Source: the human T2T-CHM13v2.0 reference genome, Homo sapiens. From it: DNA of 64,000 bases. Each line of letters starts with the position of its first letter. Positions within the stretch are counted from its first letter, which is position 1. The position numbers and the translations under genes are program-made. Where the stretch lies: assembly GCF_009914755.1 (NCBI RefSeq), contig NC_060941.1; one strand, written 5' to 3'. The notes below the pieces were generated by a model. That model worked only from the letters and a program-made list of their open reading frames with translations, made no database searches and was not told where the DNA came from. Positions 54,027 through 64,000 of this stretch are shown piece after piece.

Positions 54027-57000
54027 ACTGGGTAAGTCTTCTTTAATTTCTCTCTACACTACATTTCCTTAGGTGCAGCATATATGTGACCTGGTGCCCC
54101 ACACCTCCACTGCTTCCCTGCCAATATCGCTGTTCCCCCAGATGGACACACCTCTCAATAGTTTTGTAGTATTTGATATAACTCGGACATATTCAGTATA
54201 AAAACAACCAGGGAACCCCTGTGAAGCTAAGAAAGGATTTTCAAAAATAATAATGATAATATATACTATAGACAAAGACCCTATCTGTTTTTTATCACCC
54301 TTGAGCAAACCCAGCCCTATTTGGTATGGGGCCTTACATGGAGTGGGCAGTCATTAAATGTTGACTAACCCTTTTTCTAAGTCTTTTTTTTTTCCTATTT
54401 TAATTTTTATTGGGGGGGAGTGGGGGTACTCAGTCCCAGAAGACCTAAGTCTTTTAATTCTCTACTTGTAGTGCCTCTGTAAAGTGATCCGTAATCTGCC
54501 CAGTATTAATAGTTTGGCTCCTTTTTCTCTGCAAACATATTATTAAAAGTTGAATAAAGAAATAAATCCTGTGCATATTGGTTGATTCTCATTGGCATAT
54601 ATGCTGACATATTTAGTTTTATTTCATTCTCTGTGACACCCAAGACCTTCTGTAGAACTGAACATAATTTTGAGAGAAGAATGACCACTAATCACTATTT
54701 GTTTTCATGTTTTGTGAATGAGTTTTGTTGCCATAGTCTCATGTGTCTAATCAAATTGATCTTCAAACCAGTTCTAATCAAATCAGTTCTTTTATGTGCT
54801 TATACTACATGGTTTTCAGCTATCAAATGTTATTTCAAACTTGTATCTAGGAGAGAGATATATATATATACATATATATGTTTTTATTATTTAACATTTG
54901 GAGGGAAGTCAGATATCTTTGATCTCATTTCTTTTACTCATTTTGTGTTTGTTTATTTAACACCAATGGTTTCCTATTGGCTTCTTTAGCTGGAAAAATT
55001 ATTTCTACAGGACAATAAAACCTGGGATTCTCCTCCACAAAATGAAACATGAAGTGATAATACCATTAATCTATTAACAAATAATTGCCCTTGGGTTCTT
55101 TTCCTGGTATCTCGAGCCACCAAGATATAGCTTTTACTTGATCTGAATTTGTCAGTCTATAAAAGTAGGGATTGTAATATAACAATGCATCTTTTTATTT
55201 AGTTTGTTAACTACATTCTATTGTAGAACTGTTCTTATTTTTAAGATCGTAGAGATCCATAGAAGTATTGGCATTCTTGTACCAGTTATTCATATTTCAC
55301 TGCATGTTAGTATTTTGGCATCATTTCTTACATACCCTGTTATTGTTTAGGGGAAAAATGTGGAAGCATTTCTTGATATTTTTTCACTATTTTTCCCTAG
55401 TGAGTTATGTAGTTAATCATATTAAACTGTTTTTCAGTTTTGAAATATGAGAGATTTGTCAGCCCTTTGAAAAAATGGTTATAGTTCATTTTCCATATAT
55501 TACTCAGCATTATGGGTCTGCCTGCCAAGTGATCCCAGGTGTGGGATTGCAGCAGGTAATTTCCTGAGCTGTATGGTACAGATGATTTTCTGTGTTAGAA
55601 GATGCTATCGGCTCACCTGGCCTCTTAGTGACAGAGAAATCCTTTGTTTATTCATTTAGTAGGCAGATTAACCCTAATGAATATTGGCTTCCTGGAAATA
55701 GATACAGGTGACAATGGCAAAGTGAGGAGTGGGGAGATGTAAGACAAATTCCCTTTTCTTTCTTCACTTATAAATAATGGTGGCTTTCATAGGAGAGTGT
55801 TTTAAATCAGAAAGGAATGCAAAATATTTGAACTAAAAAGATAGATTTAAATAATCAACCTTTAATTTTTAGTTTTGAATGTCTAGGTATGTGTATATTT
55901 TTCAGAAGAACTAGAGATTTTCTAATTTTGGCAAATACTTAAAAGTTTTATGTTGCCATTATAGCTAAACGAAAATATTTAATTAAATACTTCATACTGG
56001 TTTGGGCAGAGCTACTCACTTGAACACGAAAATGCTTTCCTAATATGTCCTTGTATTCAGATAAATTTTGTGAATTAGAGAAGTGTAACATTCATCAGCC
56101 TCTCTCAGCCTGTGAAAGAAAATGTGCATTATTCTGTGTCCTTTCTTATAGTGTGGTCATATTGCTTCAATGACATATTTGTTTTCTCAGAGCAAGGATG
56201 AAGGACTAATCTAGGCATCAGAAAATTATTCATAGAGTTATGCTATAAACTATAAAAAGTTCCTAGAAATAAGCTATTTTAAATTCATTGCTTTGTTATG
56301 GCTTTTAGAATATTGACAAAAAAAATTTTTATCAATATAATTTTATGGATATTTGATTGTGTAATTATCAATAATCTATGATGAAAATGAAATGTTTGTG
56401 ATTGCAACTCTGAAGTTTTGCTCACCAACAGAGTACTTTACAACATTTTTCTGTGAATGGTTTTGGACATACACTATTCCCAAGATGGGAATGTATAGAT
56501 ACAGATGTGGAAATCTCTTAATGTTCAACCAGACTTTTCCAGATCTTACAGCTATGATTTATACTGCATTCTCCAAAGACTTCCAAAATGTCTTCTTTTA
56601 CGTAACTTTATCCATTAGAGGAAAAGTTAAAATTCTTCCCCTCCTCATGCTAAATGCTGAAGATAGGCTTTTCATGATACCTTTTGTAGTTGACTTATAA
56701 AAGCTGTAGAATTTCAAGGAAGAAGTGAAAAAACAGAGTTTACCTTTCCACAAAGATTTAAAATTTACGATTTCTCCTAGCTATGGAGTTGAGATTCTAC
56801 TTGAATTGTGTTATTGGGAATTCTGAGTAATGTGAAATGTATATGAATTGGAAGCAGTAATAAATTGTGAATGAATCTTTTGCTTTTTACTTAAGATTAC
56901 TTTATCCTTAAAACTAATGTTTCTATAACCTCTGACCGAATACAGAAGATCCAAAATACTTCCAAGGGTGAGAATTTTTCCTTGCCCGTTGTGAGCAGTT

Positions 57001-58244
57001 TAATTCATTAGAATTGTGTGTGCGTTGTGGCATGTGGGTACATCAGAAGTATATTTGCAAATTCTGAATTTACATATCACCTTGAGAAAATGTGAGGCAA
57101 TCCTTTACTGAATTGTCAGTGATACTTATTTTCAGAGACATTAGAAAAAAAGAGCAGTGTATATGTGTCATGTTATCGCACGTGAACCACTGCCTATGTT
57201 AAATAGGTTTTTCTTTCCTTTTAGTGAAAAACCGAAGGACAATAGTCATTATATGATTTTGTATTTTAAGTATTTTCATAATCCAACATAAATTGGCCCA
57301 CCCAAGGATTATGTCTGTTTTATAAAGATGTGTTTATATAGTCATTGGGTGAAAGATTGCAGAAGTTGAACCACTAGTTTTGAAAGTTGAGCCAGACCAG
57401 GAAAAATCAGGATACAATTTGGCACTTATGGAGACGAAATGATTTCCTTTTTAGCTGCTGATTTCTACTGGGAAATGTATCCTTGGACTGAAAATTGCAT
57501 CCGGAAAAATGTTTATGTAGTGTTTTTCAAATGACTGATTATTCTTGTAACCTTTAACATGAACTGTGTCTAATTTTGGTCTCTCTTAACTCTTTCACGA
57601 CTAGGGGATTTTTCTTTGTGGGAAAAATATTACAACCGTATCATTACTACTTTGAATACAGGAATGTCTTACATGGTAACAAGAATACAAAATGTGTTAA
57701 GATTTCTTTCTGGGTTATTTTTCCAAGCGGGTAGTAGAACGCCCAAGGTTATACACCCTTCGTCACAGGCACTTAAGTTTTAGATTGCATTTAAATTAGG
57801 ATACATCTCGAAACATAAACAAAAGAAAAAAGAGAGAAAAAAAAGGATACATCTCAGCAGCTGCATCTCTTCCACTTCACTACCAGCTACACACATGCAG
57901 TAGGAGCTTCTTGACATTTTCATGGGTAATATTTGGTCTTCGCAAGTATCAGTACTTCTCTATTTTCTTTCTTGTACATTTAGTGACTTTTCTGGCTAAA
58001 TTATTGCTGAATATTGTCCGTCGCAGATTGAGGGGTCTCTATTCCATGTTATCTCCATTCAAGGAGCCAGGTTAGCGAAGGCTTCACCACTGAGTTATTC
58101 TAGGTAACCATTAGGTTTATAAATATAAGAGTGTTTTCTCGTGTAAGTGAGGGTTTTATATTACTGATGTGATGTGTGAGTGAGCAGGGATAAGGGGACA
58201 CTGGACATCTCATGGTGGTCACTTCTGCTTACAACTCATGAGCT

Positions 58245-58420
58245 ATAATTGTGCTGTCCAATACAATAGCCACTAGCTGTATTTTTTTAAATTTAGATTT
58301 AAAATAATGAAGATAAAATGTATAATTCATTTTCTCAGTTGCACTAGCCACATTATCATATTAGACAGTACAAGGTTTAGAACATTTTTATCATCGTAGA
58401 AAGTTCTGTTGCAGACTACC
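58245..58420. mobile_element. MER3/MER33-like hAT MITE
   Basis: GTGCTGTCCAATACAATAGCCACTAG...ATCATCGTAGAAAGTTCTGTTG. Confidence 0.65.
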
Positions 58421-61400
58421 AGGCTAGAACTTTAAGAGGATGGGGAAGTACAGCTATCTTGTATGCCCAGAGGTGGGAAAGAAGGAAATATTACCAAACT
58501 TCAATAATGTCTGTCATCATTGGTAAACTGTATGCTTGAAAATTACTCCTCAGATCCTCTATATCCTGTTTTTCTGTTTTTGGGGGAGTGGAATAGGGAG
58601 GAAGGGGGCTACAAAGTTAGTTGGGTGATATAAAAAAAAATAATACATATACACACGAATGCATACATACTGCTTCTGTGTGAAAAAAGAAAACTTAAGG
58701 AGTACATACTTGAAATTAACATTCTGCCAAGCAGGAGTCATTCTGTTGGATGCCTTCCTCTGAAGGAAGACTGTATTGCATTTGTGTGGCTTTGGGGAAG
58801 ACATTCAGCAAAGAACACCACAATTCCCATTGAGCTCAGAAAATGTGATTAAGGAGTTTGAATGTAATTACCCAAAGTTTGGCTTTTCTTTTAAAGAACC
58901 CATTCATTTTAGAGATTCCTTGATACTGTAAACCTGACAACTCAATCTGGTTTTCTTTTAGGAAGCCTTCCACCAGGAATAGTGTGAGTCAAGGATGAGT
59001 ACATGAAGATGAAGCCCATGCAATGAGGACAGCCTAGGCCGTGTTAGGCTTTGACTTAAATCAGATTTCATCTACGGCTGAGATGCAGAGGAGAGACTTA
59101 GTGAAATATGCAGAGCTCCATTCCAGTTCCTTTCTTATTTGTTTGATGTACAGGCTTATTTAAGTGAAAGGTGGGACACCAGTAGATATACATTCAGACA
59201 AATCACCCTGCAGTTATTGCTCAACAGAGTAATAATAATAGATTTGGAGAATGTTCTGTGTTTTCAAAGACAGAGGTTAACAAGCAATGGACAAACCTTC
59301 CGTTCTTCTCTATCCCAAATCGTTTGAATCGTTTGACTGCTATACACAATCCCCAGCACTTATAAAATAAAAAAAGTATGGAGAGAGAGAAAGCAAGTAA
59401 CCCAGCAGAGTTTGTGACAGAAACTGTTAGCCCTCTTTTGTATTGTTTCTGCATCGTCCTGTCAAACATCTGGAAACCAGCATATTGGCAGTCGTCTCAC
59501 AACATGATTTTGCATTTACATCATCGTGCTAGCTGGTAGAATTTTTTCCCCCAGGAAAAAAAAATCGGCAACTTTTGGTCTGTCACAAGGTCAAGTGATG
59601 ATTAGTGATGTAGTCTCTCCTAAACACATGGTTAGCACAGAAAATTTAAATCAGTTCCCCAAAATTTGGTAACCATTAAATTACTTCCTAAGTCACTTCC
59701 GGATGTCAGGCCTAAGGTGGAGAGGGGGACAGGGCTATATTGAGTTCTCCGCAGTTTTCTAACAGAGAGATTTAGTTTGGCAGCTGATCCAGCCAAGGAA
59801 ACGCTCACGCAAGGGCAGAGCTAGACAGGAAACACTTTTGAAAGTGCTGTTTTGATAGAGGATCAGGAGATCAGGCAAAGAGCTGTGAACTTTATGTGTA
59901 GCCTAGGCCATGTAGCACTAGGCTAGCCACCTGAGGGTATGGAGTAAGAAAGGAAATTAAAGGAGAAGGGCCAGAGATCTTACAGGCAATTTTCTTTTCT
60001 CAAAAGAGCAGTGCTAAAAATTATGAATTTCTTTGAAGTAGAGGAACATAATTAATGAATTTCTTTGTTGTTGTTGTTGTTTGTTTGTAAAACATTCTGC
60101 CATCATTATTCACCTTTACATTTTTAACATGATTGTTAGCTTAGACTACGAGAGCTAACCTCACCCATTCTAACCACCTTTTTATAGCTCTCAGAAGAGC
60201 TGTCTTCTAAGGAAAACACTGCACTGAGCAAAGGTTGTACTTTTGTAAGATGGACGTTTTATAATGATAAGTTTTGACAACTTGCTCTGGTTGCCATGTG
60301 TCTCCCAGTCCTGCTGGTGGGTGGGTATTTGTCAGGAATGAGAATACGTCTGAGATGGTCTGCTTTACAGCAGCCAGTCTTGATTTTCAACTTCCAGGGC
60401 CTTCGGCATCCTTTTGGCTCTGTAAACATAGAAGGCTTTGCTGCCCTTGGCTGTGCTGTTGGAGAAAAGGAGAGCATCCTGTTTAGGGAGGTGCCGATCT
60501 TCAGTTTCAGAACCATTGTTTGACACCTTTAGTTCCTCCCGTGGACTTCATGTCCTTCCTTGTCCATAGTTTGGAACTTACAATCTGAGTATTCCTTCTA
60601 TTGAGCTACTCTTCAAGGTCTACAGAAGCCATTTTTGTTTATAAAGCTGTAATTTCTCACAGCAGATCATTTCATTATTTCTGTCTTAATTACAGAATTT
60701 CAAAGAAAAATAAAATCCTTATCTGTACTTAACAAAGACTGCCAACACTTTTCCATAGACCACCAATGATTCTTGTTTTGTAGCTTTTTGTTTATAAAGG
60801 CAATGTTGTATTCCACAGCATCATTACACACTGCTTCTGTGACTCAGACAGCTGGCAGGTCCAAGACAGAGCATATGGATGATGCTCTAATGACATCTGT
60901 CCGGTTGTTGTAATCACATATTTGGTGGACAGCTAAAAGACCCACTTTCACCTTAACTGAGTTTATGTGACTAATTTTAAATTTACTGTAAACACTTTTT
61001 TATACGTCTCATGCTTATTAATACTTAATAATAATTCCACAAGTATTTCTCTCAATTCTAAATCCCAGAGCACCATAGAAACTGGCAAAATATCTTCCCA
61101 ATTAATTATGAGAAATTCATCTGTACAATTTTCTTATTAATTCTCGTATCCAAAAGAACCACAATACAACCCAAGACCCCAATCATTAGAATAACCACAA
61201 AACCGATTCTTAATTACCTCTTGCCTGGGACACTGCAGAAGTAACCAAATCGGTCCCACAAACATAAGCCTCTCTAACCCTGCCACCTCCCCCAGTTTAT
61301 GTTACGTAATATGGTGAGAATCTTCTTCCTCAAATACTTTTTATCCTGTCATCCCTGTTCTCAAGAATCTTCAGTTGTATCCCATTTTACACCAGGAAGT

Positions 61401-61558
61401 TCAAATGTTTGAATGGAGATTTAAAAAGTCTAGCTATGCTTCTTGTACATCCCCTCTAGGAGCACACCCACTCTAATCAAACTGACCTTTTTAGTTTAGC
61501 TGGGCTCCAACCAGTTCTGTTCTAGCTCCTGAAGTCAGCGTCAAGAAATATTGGTCTT

Positions 61559-61877
<319 letters not shown>

Positions 61878-63599
61878 CTAGAGTAAACTCTGCCACTACC
61901 TAGCTAGGTTGACCTTTAACAAGTCTATTTAACTTTTTCTTAGGTTATTTCTAAGAGAGTTTCAAAATGAAAAAAAATACTATGTGTTTGTAATTTTATG
62001 ATTATAATTCCATTTAAGTAAAATAACAAAAATAACACTCGTATCATAGACATTAGAGAGTTCTTACTTGGAAAGTTTCATTTCCTAATGACATCACTGA
62101 AACAGCAGGTATGACAGAGGGTTCCCTGACTTTGATAGTTTTAATTATCTTAATTTATCCTCTGTTCCTCTGCCTTGGGCTTATTAAGTTTTGAATTAGG
62201 TATGAAAATTATTAAGCCAGGGGTATAAATTACAATTCGTTAAATAAATTCATAATATATTTTATACGCTTAAAATGAAATTATATTCCAAACTCATAAT
62301 TAAGTATGAACAATTTGCATTTGAGATTTTAAAATAAAGCCTAAACATCGGTCCCTTCCTTCTTCATTAATTTATTTCTCCGTAAAGGCCTTTCTTCCTT
62401 GAGGTCTGTGAGCCTCCAGGCCTTTGCAGCCTGTAGTGGTCTGCACTTCTCTGTTTTTCTTTCCCTGAGAGTGCTGATTAGTGACTTGCGGTGTGGATTC
62501 TGATTTATCGCAGACCAGAGCTGCCCCTTAGGGGCTGAGCAGAAACACTCATGAAGGAGCCCTGATTAAAAAGAGTGGTAATGAAGACAAATGTTTCAGA
62601 GGGAGTTGAGAGAAAACCAGTCCTTGGCATTCCCCATAGCTCCTCTGAGCTTTTGAAAAGGAGGTAGTGGTAGCCAAAGGAAATATTTCTTCTTTGTTGT
62701 TTATTTCTCATGGCACTGGAAACATTTTTCTTTTCCTCTTGGGTGTTCTAATTCTCACTTGTTAACTGCTTTTCATGCAGGGTTGCAATTAACCCCTGGC
62801 AGATACCTCACCGTGTTCTCCTTATAGCCACTCTGTCCCCAAAGAAGTTTTTAATGCTTTGACCTATAACCATTTTAAAATTCTTCAGACTTGACACTTG
62901 CCTAATTTCTCAGATCATTAAATCACACTTCTGGTTTTTTCCAGTGATTTTTACTAAATTTGATGTTAGGTACCTATAATTACCTTCCCTTCTTCTTATT
63001 TTTACAAGACAGAATGCCAGCAGAAAAAAACAAATTCCTGTTCACTTGGTAATTTTAAACACAACCAGGTCAAAAGTTTCAAATCTAGTGTTAAGTCCGT
63101 AACTGAAGGCACCATTCCAAAACTACTTGAGTATAGGTGAGAACTTGACAGATAATTATGGTTGCTTGACCTGGGTCTTGGGGCATCTACCAAATCTTAA
63201 TGGTAGTCTCACTGTCTGTGGCCATGTGAGCTATAATCTACTGCCCTGGTCAAACTTAACCAAAATTCTGTTTTCTTTCAGAAGATTCCCTAACATTGGA
63301 ATAAATGGTAAGAATATAGATTGTTTGTGCCGGGCTTATACAATGGGTCTCTAAACTATATTGAGTGGTCAAAATGCCACATTCAGAATACTTAGAGAGG
63401 GAGAAAGATAAAGTGCCTTGGAAGCCGTGAAACATTCTAGGGAGCAAGAGCACACCACTGTACATGCTCCTGGTTTGTGTGCTGCAGACTGTGTTAAATG
63501 CAGAGGAGGCAAGGTGGAGAGAAGGAAAGACAAGAGAAGTGGAAGATAGAGTCCACTCCCCTATCCCCGTCAATGAGAAGAAGCTCCTTACCAGGTCTG

Positions 63600-63870
63600 T
63601 GTGGGTCACGGGGCAAGATCAAAGAATCCAAGCAAGGTTCATAAAATGCCACCACCCCTGATTCATGACCTGACCTACTGAAAGGTTTAACTTCCAGAGG
63701 CAGGTTGTGGTTTCTGATCCAATCAAGTGGATTCTTTTTCTTGGAGAAAGTCTCACTGTACTGAAAGAATCTTGTCAGATATCCAAGGCTAAAGGAAAAT
63801 TTTAAATTTAATCCAATCAGATGAAGAAGCTGATAAAAAAGGTATAACCATTAGTGGGAGAGCAGCATTT
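63600..63870. mobile_element. MER5-like hAT remnant
   Basis: CACCCCTGATTCATGACCTGACCTACTGAA...GCATTTAAAATTCTC; weak match. Confidence 0.35.
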
Positions 63871-64000
63871 AAAATTCTCTCTATGGCTTTTCTGGGCTTT
63901 TTACCTCTGTCTCAACCAAAACCAAAACAAAACCCCAGAACAACAACAAATGAGTTGAATGTTGCTCAGATTTGGAGTATTTGATGTTACCCCTTTCTGA

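Noticed and set aside
54582-54989. 135-aa ORF and similar AT-rich hydrophobic ORFs (24530-24877, 56392-56700)
   Set aside because: F/L/I/Y-rich composition reflects T-rich DNA; non-ATG or weak starts, no recognisable domain
62790-63780. Minus-strand donor-like motifs (CTCAC near 62808, CTTAC near 63587) as exons of an antisense lncRNA
   Set aside because: No matching acceptors or transcript evidence can be established from sequence alone

Overview
Human (or great-ape) genomic DNA from inside the BCAS3 gene, + strand; BCAS3 maps to 17q23. The gene is recognised from three spliced coding exons missed by the ORF track (5696-5796, 9109-9305, 15243-15340), which join in frame to [33 protein letters not shown]|[22 protein letters not shown]...DLDLNSL(R)|[32 protein letters not shown]. 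After 15340 I see no further constitutive exon, so the rest is one very long intron. The window opens with a three-layer nested retroposition: an old SSB/La retrocopy (1-1397), interrupted by an AluJ, whose A-tail holds a young RPL23A retrocopy with an intact ORF. A full-length sense L1PA2-like LINE-1 (41010-47067) has intact ORF1 and ORF0 and an ORF2 broken by one nonsense codon. It sits head-to-head with an antisense L1PB1-like fragment. About 28 Alus, hAT and Tigger DNA-transposon fossils, MIR/L2 and old L1M pieces fill most of the remainder. The most interesting unexplained signals concern RNA processing: a candidate 3-nt (CAG) microexon or recursive splice site at 12403-12405 that aligners would mis-assign; a phase-symmetric 396-nt three-exon block, bracketed by inverted Alus, that would form a stop-free circRNA ORF; a candidate alternative last exon at 17475; and a composite antisense ORF0 transcription unit built from two L1s. 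Gene, subfamily and consensus comparisons are from memory and need database confirmation.
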